Shown one piece after another: positions 9,902 through 19,702 of a DNA stretch of 64,000 nucleotides. The stretch comes from a virus. How positions within the stretch are numbered: position 1 is the stretch's first letter; every line of letters begins with the position of its first letter. The position numbers were made by a program, and so were the translations under genes. Location of the stretch: positions 1-64,000 of the IMG/VR virus record IMGVR_UViG_3300047160_002519, one strand, 5' to 3'. Below the pieces are notes generated by a model, which was given only the letters and a program-made list of their open reading frames with translations, was not told where the DNA came from and ran no database searches.

Positions 9902-10231
9902 ATGTTTCTCGTTCCGGTGCAACCGATTGCGAGCCAGACGTTGCAAGTCGCGCTGGGCGGCCAATACTGCACGCTCAATGTCTACCAGCAGGCCTACGGG
10001 CTCTACATGGATGTTTTGATCGGCACGAACCCGATCGTGCAGGGCATTATCGCGCTGAACAACAATCTGATCGTCCGGAATGCATATTTCGGATTTCAGG
10101 GCGACTTCGTTTTCTTCGATACACAGGGCACGAGCGACCCGGTCTACACCGGGCTCGGGACGCGCTATTTCCTGCTCTACTACACGGCCAGCGACATCGC
10201 GGCGTTCAACCTGCCAACAGGAGTGGCGTGA
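9902..10231 (+). CDS. Small baseplate protein
   Basis: VP.QP..SQ...V.LGGQ.C...YFGF.GD..F.DTQG.SDP.Y.GLG.RY.L.Y. Confidence 0.75.
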   Translation: MFLVPVQPIASQTLQVALGGQYCTLNVYQQAYGLYMDVLIGTNPIVQGIIALNNNLIVRNAYFGFQGDFVFFDTQGTSDPVYTGLGTRYFLLYYTASDIAAFNLPTGVA

Positions 10232-11271
10232 TGGGGCTCGGCCTTCCGCTCCCAGGCTTTAGCGGCAATCAAATCCCGAACCGGCAGATCGGGCTGCAAA
10301 TCCAGCTTGCACAGAATACGCAGACCAATCAGCCGAGCACCTTTGCAGGCCTCGGCTCGTCCGGCGGCGGGCTGGGTAGCTTATTCACCGGCGGCGGGCT
10401 GGGATCGCTCTTGAGCGGCGGCATCGGCGGCAACACGCTCAACATTCAGGGTTTGCGGGCATCGGCACACATCCGCGACGTCGGATCGGGCATCTCATCA
10501 TGCGACGTGAAGGTCTGGGGCTTGCCGCCGAACTTGATGAATCAACTGAACTCGCTCGGGCTCGCGCTCAACATCATCAACACGAACAACTTGATCATCA
10601 CGGCGGGAGACCCGAATAGCGGCATGTCACAGGTCTACAACGGGACGATCCTCTACTGCTACGGCGACTACTCCAATCAGCCGGAGACCCCGCTAGTCAT
10701 CGTCGGCAACCCGAGCGGCGTGGTGCTCAATGCGACACCGACGAGCTATCAGAGCACGTTCGCGGTCTCGGATGCGATGAGCAAGCTCGCACAGAAGATG
10801 GGTCTGAACTTCAACAATAGCGGCAACGTCAACACGCAACTGCCCGCGATGTACGTGTCGGGATCGCCGCTCGTGCAGATTCAAAAGCTGGCACGCGCAG
10901 CGGCAATATCCTTCGGCATCAATCCAAATGGGACGCTCGAAATCTTCCAGAAAGGCCAGCCGCGCCAGGGCGCGCAGACCACGACGATCAGCGCGGCAAA
11001 CGGCATGATCGCCTCGCCCTCGTTCATTCCGAATGGCATCACGGTCAAGACGCTGTTCAATCCGGCGATAAAGCTGTTCGACAACATCTCCGTCCAAAGC
11101 AGCGTCATGCAGGCGGTCGCGAGCGCGCAGCCGAGCAGCAACATCTCTCAGACGTGGATGGTCAACAAGATCGATCTCGACCTCGAAACCCAGGTCCCGA
11201 AGGGGCAGTGGATGATGACGATCCAGGCGATCTCGGCTGGCTCAAGCCCAAAGATTCCGGCAGCGACATGA
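10228..11271 (+). CDS. Baseplate hub protein
   Basis: Synteny; I.AGD...MS.VY.GTI...DY..QP, G.I.SP.F...GI.VK.LFNP. Confidence 0.75.
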   Translation: MMGLGLPLPGFSGNQIPNRQIGLQIQLAQNTQTNQPSTFAGLGSSGGGLGSLFTGGGLGSLLSGGIGGNTLNIQGLRASAHIRDVGSGISSCDVKVWGLPPNLMNQLNSLGLALNIINTNNLIITAGDPNSGMSQVYNGTILYCYGDYSNQPETPLVIVGNPSGVVLNATPTSYQSTFAVSDAMSKLAQKMGLNFNNSGNVNTQLPAMYVSGSPLVQIQKLARAAAISFGINPNGTLEIFQKGQPRQGAQTTTISAANGMIASPSFIPNGITVKTLFNPAIKLFDNISVQSSVMQAVASAQPSSNISQTWMVNKIDLDLETQVPKGQWMMTIQAISAGSSPKIPAAT

Positions 11272-12020
11272 CAGACACCACCATCAACCAAGCCGACAAC
11301 ACGCAAACCGCTGCGGGGCAGATGTTTCCGGAGGACTACGCTAACGAGTTCGCGGTGATTTCATTCATCGTTCGCCAAGCCCTGGCCGAGATGGAAACCT
11401 GCACGCCGGTGCAGGTCAAGACCGTGCATGCGGGCAGCGGCAACCCGGCGGCGGGCGGTACGGTCGATGTGCAGCTTCTGGTCTCGCTGCTCGATGGCAA
11501 CGGCAACGCCACCAAGCAAGGTGTCGTCTATGGGCTGCCCTACTTCCGGATGCAGAGCCAGAACTGGGCGATTGCGATGGACCCGGCAGCCGGAGACTAC
11601 GGCTTCATCATCGCGGCCTCGCGCGACATCTCGAACGTCACCAAGACGCCGGGGCAAGCGAATCCGGGCAGCTTTCGGCAGCATTCATTCTCGGACGGTT
11701 TCTTCATTCCGTGCTCGTTCAACACCGCGACCCCGGGCGGCTACATCCAACTCAAAAGCGACGGCAGTCTCAACATCAACACGAAAGACGGAGTCGTGAT
11801 AAAAAGCGACGGATCAGGCGCGCTGACGATCACGACCCAGGGGAATGCGACGGTGAACTGCGGCAGCAACACCCTCGATGTCACGGCGACCACGACGACG
11901 ATCCATGGCGATCTCAACGTCACGGGCGACGTCAAGGCGAAGTCCGGCGGCGCGACCTTCGTCCGGCTGTCGACGCACACCCATCCAGGCAACAATCTTT
12001 CCCCGAATCCAGGGACATGA
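11268..12020 (+). CDS. Baseplate spike (Gp138-like) protein
   Basis: LPYFR.Q...I.MDP..GD.G...RDIS...PGSFR.HS.SDG; C-terminal HTH(P) metal-binding tip. Confidence 0.85.
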   Translation: MTDTTINQADNTQTAAGQMFPEDYANEFAVISFIVRQALAEMETCTPVQVKTVHAGSGNPAAGGTVDVQLLVSLLDGNGNATKQGVVYGLPYFRMQSQNWAIAMDPAAGDYGFIIAASRDISNVTKTPGQANPGSFRQHSFSDGFFIPCSFNTATPGGYIQLKSDGSLNINTKDGVVIKSDGSGALTITTQGNATVNCGSNTLDVTATTTTIHGDLNVTGDVKAKSGGATFVRLSTHTHPGNNLSPNPGT

Positions 12021-12021
12021 G

Positions 12022-12411
12022 ATGGCATCGACCCTCTTCCTCGATCCGGTGGCGTGGGACCTGACGCTCGATGTCAATCTCAACATCGCAGTCGCCCCGG
12101 AGCCCTACGCGCTGGCGCAGGATGCGGCGAGCGCGATCAAGACGTTCCTGGGCGAGGTATACTGGAACACGCAGATCGGCGTACCCTACTTCCAGCAAAT
12201 CTTCGGCTTCGCCCCGCCGGTGGCGCTCCTGAAGCAGTACCTCGTGCAGGCGGCGCTGACGGTGCCGAACGTGGCCTCGGCGCAAGTCTTCCTGGCAAGC
12301 CTGGACCCGACGACTCGGATACTCTCCGGGCAGGTCCAGCTTGTGAGCAAGACGGCCCAGGGTGGGGCGGCGAACTTCACGGTCGGCACTCTGACGGGAG
12401 GAGCGCATTAG
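12022..12411 (+). CDS. Baseplate wedge gp25/W-like protein
   Basis: TL.LD...WDL.LD...NIA...PYALAQD.ASAI.TF.GE. Confidence 0.8.
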   Translation: MASTLFLDPVAWDLTLDVNLNIAVAPEPYALAQDAASAIKTFLGEVYWNTQIGVPYFQQIFGFAPPVALLKQYLVQAALTVPNVASAQVFLASLDPTTRILSGQVQLVSKTAQGGAANFTVGTLTGGAH

Positions 12412-12412
12412 C

Positions 12413-14062
12413 ATGGCAGGCACTCTCGTCCCGACCTTCACCTTCACCTCGACGGGCTTTGTCGCGCCGAGCGGCCCGGCGGTGCTGGCGGGCGTGCAGG
12501 GTGACATCAACGCGGCCTTCGGCAACGTGCTGAACTATTCGCTGACGACCCCGCAGGGCCAGCTTGCGATGAGCTGGGCTGCAATCATCGACAACACCTA
12601 CGCGACGTTTCAATTCTACGCGCAACAGATGGACCCCGCTTATGCAACGGGGCGGATGCAGGATGCGATCGGCCGCATCTACGGTATGCAGCGGCAGCCC
12701 TCGGTCCCGACCCAACTGCAGATTTCGTGCAACGGGCTCTCGGGCGTTACGATTCCCTTCGGCGCGCTGATCCAAGACGGCAATGCGAACCTCTACTCCT
12801 GCGCCACGGTCGGCGGCGGTGTGATCGGCGCGGGTGGATCGGTCACGCTGCAGTTCAACGCAGTGGTGCCCGGGCCGACAGCGGTGCCCGTCTCGGTCTC
12901 GATCTATGGGGCGATCCCGGGATGGGACTCGGCCACAGTGCAGAGCGGCGTGACCGGGCAGTCAATCGAGGGCCGCTCGGCATTCGAGTCCCGGCGGCAG
13001 GCTTCCGTTGCAGGAAATAGTTTCGGCGCAATCGGCTCGATCCTGGGCGCGGTGTCCCAGGTACCGAACGTGACCGACTTTTTCGGCATCAATAACAACT
13101 CGGCCGCTCCGCTCAATGTCTACGGCGTCACGGTGCCCGCGTACTCGATCTTCATTTCCGTTGCGGGCGGCACGAGCACGGCGGTCGCACAGGCGATCTT
13201 TTCCAAGAAGGGCGCGGGAGCGCCGATGGCAGGCAACACCACGGTCACGGTATACGACTCGAACCCGCTCTACACGGCCCCGATCCCCTATCAGATCACC
13301 TATGAAATCCCGGTGCCGATCAATGTCTTGTGGAACATCGTGCTGGTGAACAACCCCGGCATCCCGTCGAACTATGTGACATTGGTGCAGAACGCGATCG
13401 TCGCGGCGGCGAACGGGCAGAGCAATGTCACCAATCCGCCACCGCGGATTCGGATCGGCAGCACGGCCTATGCTCAGAACTATGCATCGGCCATCGCCGC
13501 GCTGGGATCATGGGCGCAGATTTCCTCGATCCAGATCGGCACCATCAACAATGCGGGCAGTGTCAACTTCGGCGGCACGATCTCGGGCACCACGCTGACC
13601 ATCCTCACCGGCACCATCGTCGGCGGCTCGATCGCGCTCGGGCAGTTCGTCGAGGACCCGCGCGTCGTCAACGGCACGCAGATCGTGGCGGGCTCGGGCT
13701 TGAGTTGGACGGTGAACAACCCGCAGACGCTCGGCACCATGACAGCGACGGGCAACACGAGCGGATCATCGACCAGCGTGACGATTTCCGCGGTCTCGGG
13801 TGGTGTCATCAATCAGGGCGGCAACGGCGACGTCATCACCGGCAGCGGCATTCCGACGAACACCACGATCATCTCGCAAACCTCGGGTGCGCCAGGAGGC
13901 GCGGGTGTTTACGTGGTCTCGACGGCAGTCAACCTTGTCGGAGTGGCGCTGACGATCTACCCGGGCCTGATGGCGGCGACCGCGTCGTCGAACACGACCT
14001 CGATCAATGCCGATCAGGTGCCGCAGACCTCGGCCCCGAATATCCTCGTGAGCCACACATGA
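12413..14062 (+). CDS. Baseplate J-like wedge protein with two inserted beta modules
   Basis: TPQGQLA, DP.YA.GRMQDAIGRIY, E.R.AFE.RR..SVA.N. Confidence 0.88.
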   Translation: MAGTLVPTFTFTSTGFVAPSGPAVLAGVQGDINAAFGNVLNYSLTTPQGQLAMSWAAIIDNTYATFQFYAQQMDPAYATGRMQDAIGRIYGMQRQPSVPTQLQISCNGLSGVTIPFGALIQDGNANLYSCATVGGGVIGAGGSVTLQFNAVVPGPTAVPVSVSIYGAIPGWDSATVQSGVTGQSIEGRSAFESRRQASVAGNSFGAIGSILGAVSQVPNVTDFFGINNNSAAPLNVYGVTVPAYSIFISVAGGTSTAVAQAIFSKKGAGAPMAGNTTVTVYDSNPLYTAPIPYQITYEIPVPINVLWNIVLVNNPGIPSNYVTLVQNAIVAAANGQSNVTNPPPRIRIGSTAYAQNYASAIAALGSWAQISSIQIGTINNAGSVNFGGTISGTTLTILTGTIVGGSIALGQFVEDPRVVNGTQIVAGSGLSWTVNNPQTLGTMTATGNTSGSSTSVTISAVSGGVINQGGNGDVITGSGIPTNTTIISQTSGAPGGAGVYVVSTAVNLVGVALTIYPGLMAATASSNTTSINADQVPQTSAPNILVSHT

Positions 14063-14724
14063 CCGGCCCTCCCTATCCACATCCGAGTCCGGCACCGGGC
14101 ACGACGGGAATCGGCCAGTTTCAGATCGGCGTCTCCCCGATCGGTGACGTTCCTACGTTCGATCCTTGGGTTACGCTGCTTTCGCAATACGCCAACTCGC
14201 CCGTCATCACCGCGATGATTCTCGAGTTCAACGCGGCGATGGACATGACCCAGAACTGCTCGAACTTCTACGATATGATGTGGAATATTCAGACAGCGCA
14301 GGGCTACGGCCTCGATGTGTGGGGCCGCATCGTCAACACGACGCGCATTCTGACAATCCCAGGCTCCGCGCAGTTCTTGGGCTTCGGAGAAGCGGGCGGA
14401 AGCTGGACCGGATTTGGCCAGGGCATCTGGGCCTCGCCCGGCGCTGGCCTCACGCAGAACTACCTGTTGGGCGATACCGACTTTCGGCGGCTGATCCTGG
14501 CGAAGGCTGCAACGAACATCACGGACGGCTCGATCCAATCGACCAATGCGATCCTGCTGGCGCTATTTCCTGGCAGGGGCAACGCTTGGGTGGCGGACGG
14601 GCTGAATATGCAACTGACCTATACGTTTGCATTCGCGCTGACGCCCGCCGAGTTCGCGATCGTGCAGACCCCTGGCATTTTGCCCGCTGCGACCGGCGTG
14701 ATAGTAAACATCGCGCAAGTATGA
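14059..14724 (+). CDS. Baseplate wedge DUF2612-like protein
   Basis: TLLSQYANSP, W.I.TA.GYGLDVWGRIV, L.D.DFR.LILAKA..NI. Confidence 0.85.
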   Translation: MTGPPYPHPSPAPGTTGIGQFQIGVSPIGDVPTFDPWVTLLSQYANSPVITAMILEFNAAMDMTQNCSNFYDMMWNIQTAQGYGLDVWGRIVNTTRILTIPGSAQFLGFGEAGGSWTGFGQGIWASPGAGLTQNYLLGDTDFRRLILAKAATNITDGSIQSTNAILLALFPGRGNAWVADGLNMQLTYTFAFALTPAEFAIVQTPGILPAATGVIVNIAQV

Positions 14725-14736
14725 GGGAGGATTATC

Positions 14737-15888
14737 GTGAGGCATCTCCGTGCGCTTCTTCTTGCGGTGCTCGCCGCTCTCGCTCCGATGCAGGCGCACG
14801 CGCTCTCGCGCGGATCACCGCCGAACAAGAACGGCGTGCCCTGGGGCAACAGCGCGGGCACGAGCTACATCCGCGTTATCCCAGTGCCTTCGCAGATCGG
14901 CATTCAGAACTGCGCGGCGAGCTATACCGATGGATTCCCCCCGCTGACCTTCCTGCCCGCAGGCGCGGGCGGCTGTCCGCCGTTCGGCCAGGACATGAAC
15001 GGCATCCTCAATGCGAACGCGCTGGCGATCCAGTGGATGTTTGCAGGCGGCACGGTCAACTATGACGCTACCTTTCAAACCCAGATCGGCGGCTATCCGA
15101 AAGATGCGCTGGTTCAATCGAACATCCTGATCGGGCGCGTATGGCGATCGACTGCCGATAACAATCTGACGAACCCGGACGATCAAACCGGCGCGACGGT
15201 GAACTGGGACGTTCCCGTAGGCTCGATGCGCGCGGGCACGCTGATCGCGACTTATAACGGGGGGACCGCGATGATTGGCGCGGTCTATGCGAACGGCAGT
15301 ACGGTCGGAGACGCGTCCTCGAACGCAACCACGCGAGCGAACTCCGATACTTATTGGCTGTTCTCGTATCTATGGAGCACTTGCGGCTCATGCGGCATCT
15401 TCACCTCGGCGGGCGGCGGTTCGACCAAGACAACGATCGCGGCTGACTGGGCTGCGCATAAGCAGATGGCAACGCCGGACTTGCGCGGTACGACTGTGAT
15501 GGGAGCCGACAACTCTTCTACGCGGCTCACCGGCGTGCCTGTAGTCTCCGGCTCGGCAACAGCAACCGGCTCTATACTCGGTGAGAATCTGCACACTCTG
15601 ACCTCACCCGCCGAGATCCCGGCGCACACGCACTCCCCCACGGTGAGCCAGGGCTGCTCGGCCTCGGACTCCGGGCATTCGCACTCGATCGGCTTTACCT
15701 TCGGCGGCACCGCAGTGGGCTCGCCCGGCGGCTCATTCGCGGCGGCCGGGTCCACTGGCACCACGACCAATAGCGCGAACATCACGTGCTCGACTGCAGT
15801 CGGTGTCACGATTGGCAGCACCGGCAGTAGTGGCGCGCATAACACGGTCCCACGCTCAACGATAATCTTCTGGTACCTGCAGCTATGA
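14737..15888 (+). CDS. Tail fibre (collar-type) with N-terminal signal peptide-like leader
   Basis: DGFPPLTF.P..AGG.PP.G.DMNGIL and IGGYPK anchor motifs; TPDLRG...GE..HTLT...PAHTH...AHNTVP collar-type C-terminus. Confidence 0.85.
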   Translation: MRHLRALLLAVLAALAPMQAHALSRGSPPNKNGVPWGNSAGTSYIRVIPVPSQIGIQNCAASYTDGFPPLTFLPAGAGGCPPFGQDMNGILNANALAIQWMFAGGTVNYDATFQTQIGGYPKDALVQSNILIGRVWRSTADNNLTNPDDQTGATVNWDVPVGSMRAGTLIATYNGGTAMIGAVYANGSTVGDASSNATTRANSDTYWLFSYLWSTCGSCGIFTSAGGGSTKTTIAADWAAHKQMATPDLRGTTVMGADNSSTRLTGVPVVSGSATATGSILGENLHTLTSPAEIPAHTHSPTVSQGCSASDSGHSHSIGFTFGGTAVGSPGGSFAAAGSTGTTTNSANITCSTAVGVTIGSTGSSGAHNTVPRSTIIFWYLQL

Positions 15889-17228
15889 AAAAATCTTGCA
15901 AAAAAATCCTCGGTTTTGGCATTGCGCTGGCGCTGACGATTGCGCCCGCCTTCGCGCAACAGAGTGCGCCGAACTGGAGCTACGGCTACGTGCCGACTCC
16001 AGCCGAATGGAACTTCTGGTTCGCGAAGAAAACCGATTGGCCTGGGCAGCCCTCGTGCTTGGTCACCGGCTGCACGCTGACCGGCCCCGTCTTGACGACG
16101 CCTTCGGTCGCGGGCGCGGCGGGCTTGAACGTTCCCCCAGGCGTCGCCCCGACAGCGCCGAACGCGGGCGATATCTGGACCTCGACTGCCCCGCTCGGCA
16201 TGTACGTGCGGCTCGGCACGACGAACTACAATCTCTTGAGCCCGGTGCATGCGCCGTTGGGGCGGATCACGCTGACCGCCAATACCCCGGTGATGACGGC
16301 AACCGCCTCGGCGCAAACGACACTGCGTTACGATTGCGCGACCAACGCGAGCGGCGGTAGCGGCGTCTGGTACTTCGACGGGGTAAATGATCAGATCGAT
16401 TTTATCGCGGCTTGTGAGGTGACGGACGCGATGGTTTCGGCGGCGAGCGCGGGCCAAGTCGTCTCGGGTCAGATTTACGATCTATGGTGGGCGCACGGCG
16501 GGGCGAACCGCATCTGTCTCGCGATGAGCACTGCAGTTGGAGGCGGCGGCGGATGGGCGAGCGATGCGGGCGGATCGAGCACGTCACGCGGCACCGGCTA
16601 CACGCAACTCGACTATGCGACGCGGGCCTACATCACGAACAAGAATGCGATCTCGAACTGCTTCAACGGAGCGGCCAACTACGGCACGCTGCTCGCCAAT
16701 CAGGCGACCTATCTCGGCACGGTGCTGGCGAGCGCGAACGGGCAAGTCAGCTACATTTTCGGCGCGTCGGCTTCCGGTGGCACGGCGGGCGTATTCGGGG
16801 TTTGCAATCCGTTCAACCAAGTCTTGGTCACCTCGGCCGTCATCGACACCGGCGCGACCTACACCTACTCCTCGGCCACGATCCGGCAGAGCCGCGCGAG
16901 TGCGGGGATGCAGCACCAAGTCGTTAACTGCCTTGGTACGCAAGCCTACGACCTTGCCTACGCCTCGGGAATCACGACGACAGCCACGGCGGCTGCGCAG
17001 GGCAACAAGGGCATCGGGCTAAACTCGACGACGACCTACGCGAGCCAGCGCGCGGTGACGTGGAGCCAAGCGGCGGCGGCGATGCAAGGATCGCCGGTGG
17101 CGATTCTGCGTTCCATCCCAGGCTTCGGCCTGCAGACGTTTTCGGGCAACGAAGCCTCAGACGGTACAAATGCGCATACCTTCGACGCGCAATCGACCGA
17201 CAACCTTTCGATCTCGTTCATGAACTAG
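15885..17228 (+). CDS. Second tail fibre / receptor-binding protein with signal peptide-like leader
   Basis: AFA|QQ leader; PNW..GYVPT..EWN..F..K.D; beta-rich, 8 Cys in the mature part. Confidence 0.7.
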   Translation: MKKSCKKILGFGIALALTIAPAFAQQSAPNWSYGYVPTPAEWNFWFAKKTDWPGQPSCLVTGCTLTGPVLTTPSVAGAAGLNVPPGVAPTAPNAGDIWTSTAPLGMYVRLGTTNYNLLSPVHAPLGRITLTANTPVMTATASAQTTLRYDCATNASGGSGVWYFDGVNDQIDFIAACEVTDAMVSAASAGQVVSGQIYDLWWAHGGANRICLAMSTAVGGGGGWASDAGGSSTSRGTGYTQLDYATRAYITNKNAISNCFNGAANYGTLLANQATYLGTVLASANGQVSYIFGASASGGTAGVFGVCNPFNQVLVTSAVIDTGATYTYSSATIRQSRASAGMQHQVVNCLGTQAYDLAYASGITTTATAAAQGNKGIGLNSTTTYASQRAVTWSQAAAAMQGSPVAILRSIPGFGLQTFSGNEASDGTNAHTFDAQSTDNLSISFMN

Positions 17229-17240
17229 GAGGGTGAACAT

Positions 17241-17444
17241 ATGATCGAGCTATTGATCCAGTTGGTCATCGTCCTATTGATCGCCGGGCTCGTGTGGTGG
17301 ATCATCGAGCAACTGTTGCCGCTCGTCCCGATGCCCGGGCCGATTGCACGAGTGATTCGGGTTCTCGTGATCGCGATCATCGCGCTGATTGTGATCTATT
17401 ACGCGCTGATCCCGCTGTTGCATGAAATCCCGCGCGTGCGGTGA
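17241..17444 (+). CDS. Two-TM membrane protein, holin candidate
   Basis: Two long hydrophobic helices, RBS GGAGG, end of late operon near the lysin. Confidence 0.55.
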   Translation: MIELLIQLVIVLLIAGLVWWIIEQLLPLVPMPGPIARVIRVLVIAIIALIVIYYALIPLLHEIPRVR

Positions 17445-17494
17445 AATAGCTCGGCAACAAAGCGTTGGTAGCCTCTCGATTCGGAGAGGCGACC

Positions 17495-17653
17495 ATGAAA
17501 AACAAAATCATCGTTATTGCATTAGCGCTGCTCGCGCTCGCGCTGTTTACCTGGGCAGTATTTTCAAGTCCGATCAGGGGCAGGGAACGGGTACAAGACA
17601 AGCACCTCGTCATCGGTCGAGAGTTGGAGCGCTTCGAGGAGGCCTGGGGATAG
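17495..17653 (+). CDS. Single-TM small protein
   Basis: RBS GGAGAGG; MKNKIIVIALALLALALF...; overlaps the lysin 3' end convergently. Confidence 0.4.
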   Translation: MKNKIIVIALALLALALFTWAVFSSPIRGRERVQDKHLVIGRELERFEEAWG

Positions 17654-18559
17654 ATCGGCGGCGCGGCCGGTATCCTCATGCGGCCCCCAATCGGCGGGGC
17701 GGGCCAGGAGCGTCTTTCCGGTCTCCACTGCCCGCACGATCGCAACCAAGTTCTGGTCGGCCAGCATCTCTTTCGGCGTGATATCGTAATCCCATCTGCA
17801 CGCGACATAGAACTTGTCCGGATCGAGCCGCCGCGCGAGCCCGGTGGTGCCCGGCGGTTGTTGGGGCAGGAACAGCCCGGGCGCGTCGTCGAGTTCGTAG
17901 ATGAAGGCAAGTCCCTCGCTCGGAGAGACACCATCATCCTCCGGGCCGCCAAACCAACTGCACGGGCCGGAGAAGGCAGTGGTGAACTCGGGCTCCCGCC
18001 TGGGCGGCGGCACGATCTCGGGAGCGGTTTCGACATCGGGCAGCGCGATGGCAATCGCCTTACATATCTCATCGAAGTGCTGATGGTAGAGCGAGACATC
18101 GGCCTCGCTGTCCACGAAACAGATTTCAAGAAGCAGAGCCGGAGCGATAGTGTGATTCAGGAAGTAATAGTTTCCGAGCTTGCCGCCGCGATCCCTGAAG
18201 CCACCGGCATCCGCTATCGCACCGGACACCTTGCGCGCCAAATCTTCCTGGGTTTTGTAATAGACTTCGCAGCCCATCGGCTCACTGGTCGCATTGGAGC
18301 AGTTCAAATGTACTGACACGTCGAGCTTGTGCGGTAGCGAGGCGTTGTGAAAATCGACAATGCGGTTGAGATTCTCCTCCTGATTGTCCGAGACGTCATC
18401 ATGAAAGGTGATGACTTTGGCGCCGAGCTTGCGTAGCTGCAACGCGACCTCCTCGACGATGCGCCGCGCCTCATTCACTTCGTCGAGTCCCCACGGCTTG
18501 GGACCTTCGGCACCGCGAATGTATTTTCCGTGGCCGCTCGAAATAACGACATCCACCAT
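17564..18559 (-). CDS. Endolysin: N-acetylmuramoyl-L-alanine amidase (Amidase_3) plus C-terminal double-psi-barrel-like domain
   Basis: SSGHG, E.NEA, DVSVHLN, G.EVYY, ALLLEICFVD; C-terminal SWFGGP.D...ADWGP...R.ADLSP. Confidence 0.9.
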   Translation of the reverse strand: MVDVVISSGHGKYIRGAEGPKPWGLDEVNEARRIVEEVALQLRKLGAKVITFHDDVSDNQEENLNRIVDFHNASLPHKLDVSVHLNCSNATSEPMGCEVYYKTQEDLARKVSGAIADAGGFRDRGGKLGNYYFLNHTIAPALLLEICFVDSEADVSLYHQHFDEICKAIAIALPDVETAPEIVPPPRREPEFTTAFSGPCSWFGGPEDDGVSPSEGLAFIYELDDAPGLFLPQQPPGTTGLARRLDPDKFYVACRWDYDITPKEMLADQNLVAIVRAVETGKTLLARPADWGPHEDTGRAADLSPGLLEALQLSTDDEVLVLYPFPAPDRT

Positions 18560-18563
18560 TGGA

Positions 18564-18815
18564 TTACCTCTTGGGATTTTCCGCCTGCTCTATCAGCAAT
18601 TTGACATAGTCGCACGTCTCGGTGACGGGAATGGCCTTGCCATCAGCAAGCCCGACCAGACAGTTCGCCTCCTTGGGGAAGTGCAGCGCGTCATGTGAGC
18701 GCACCGCAGGCGGATTGCGCGTGAATGTGATCTGGCCAGGAACCACGGAGACTTCAACCCCACCCGGCGCGTGGAGCACGATCAGAACCACGACGACTGG
18801 AGACCAGATCATCAT
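18564..18815 (-). CDS. Small hypothetical protein with hydrophobic N-terminus
   Basis: Abuts the lysin start; 2 Cys. Confidence 0.55.
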   Translation of the reverse strand: MMIWSPVVVVLIVLHAPGGVEVSVVPGQITFTRNPPAVRSHDALHFPKEANCLVGLADGKAIPVTETCDYVKLLIEQAENPKR

Positions 18816-18884
18816 ACGGCCGAGCCTACACCCGAATCAGATAGAAGGCGCGGGTGCCTCTCTTGGGGCATGCTTCCCAGAACT

Positions 18885-18923
18885 CGGCCGTCTCATCAGC
18901 CCCCTCCATGGCGGCCGTTTTTT
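18885..18923 (+). terminator. Rho-independent terminator-like hairpin
   Basis: CGGCCGTC...GGCGGCCG followed by TTTTTT. Confidence 0.5.
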
Positions 18924-18987
18924 GGGGGCCAGTATGTGCGGCCGCTTCGCCGGAGGAAGTCCCCGACAGGCGGGTTAGGCCCGAAGG

Positions 18988-19128
18988 TCACATTTCCCAG
19001 TACACCCGCTTGGGGTGCTCGGGCGCGGTCTCGGGCAGTTCGGAGTTCCGCCACAGGGGCTCGGCCAGTTCCCAGATCAAGCCTGCGAGCCAGCCACAGA
19101 ACAGCACGCACAGGATTGATGTACACAC
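18988..19128 (-). CDS. Small membrane protein (46 aa)
   Basis: RBS GGAGG, GTG start; MCTSILCVLFCGWLAGLIWELAEPLW..., hand translated. Confidence 0.4.
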   Translation of the reverse strand: MCTSILCVLFCGWLAGLIWELAEPLWRNSELPETAPEHPKRVYWEM

Positions 19129-19185
19129 CTACCCTCCTCCTCGGAAAAAGCACCACGGGCCACGGCTGGCCCGGGACGGGGCATT

Positions 19186-19335
19186 CTAGCGGCAATCCCC
19201 GGCGACCGGGATGCCGATCGCCAGCCGGATGCAATCAGATGGCGGCGGGGCGATCCAGCGCGCCAGTATGACCACCCCGAACGCAAAGGCGAACAGGCCA
19301 CAGATCACGACGAATGACTGGATAAGCTCCTTCAT
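19186..19335 (-). CDS. Small membrane protein (49 aa)
   Basis: ATGA-coupled; MKELIQSFVVICGLFAFAFGVVILARW... Confidence 0.5.
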   Translation of the reverse strand: MKELIQSFVVICGLFAFAFGVVILARWIAPPPSDCIRLAIGIPVAGDCR

Positions 19336-19529
19336 CGGACCCCCACGACGGCTGGAACCTCATGAACGTCCACGACCCGGGAGGACGGGCCGAACAGCCG
19401 CCACCGGGCCCGGGCCTCGATCCAGGCGTCATCCAGATTGAGCGCTTCCACGGTGAAGGTCCAACGGGTGGCGGGCGAGCCCGCGATGCGTTCGACGGTG
19501 GCCGCGTAGGTATTCCGGACTTCGGTCAT
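19332..19529 (-). CDS. Hypothetical protein
   Basis: Tiled in operon with 4-nt overlaps. Confidence 0.55.
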   Translation of the reverse strand: MTEVRNTYAATVERIAGSPATRWTFTVEALNLDDAWIEARARWRLFGPSSRVVDVHEVPAVVGVR

Positions 19530-19702
19530 AGGAGCTTTCTCGGTTCGTAATCGTGCATAATGGCCTCCATCGCCTCGATCTCGCGCTTGGCTTCCTTGTC
19601 CGCCATGCGACCCTGTACGACCCACCTCGGATAATGCTTTTTGCGCAATCCGAGTTCACGCATCGCACAGGCGTATTTTTCCTCCTTTGAGACCTCCCGC
19701 AT
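19526..19702 (-). CDS. Small conserved phage protein
   Basis: K.AC..REL..R...YPRWV..GRM...A.REI..MEAI. Confidence 0.65.
   Translation of the reverse strand: MREVSKEEKYACAMRELGLRKKHYPRWVVQGRMADKEAKREIEAMEAIMHDYEPRKLL

Noticed and set aside
13330-14058. Long N-terminal extension of the DUF2612 ORF
   Set aside because: Overlaps baseplate J out of frame; the ATGA-coupled start at 14059 fits the family
18816-19335. Possible large structured ncRNA in an apparent ORF gap
   Set aside because: Most of the gap is explained by two small membrane ORFs below the track cutoff and a terminator
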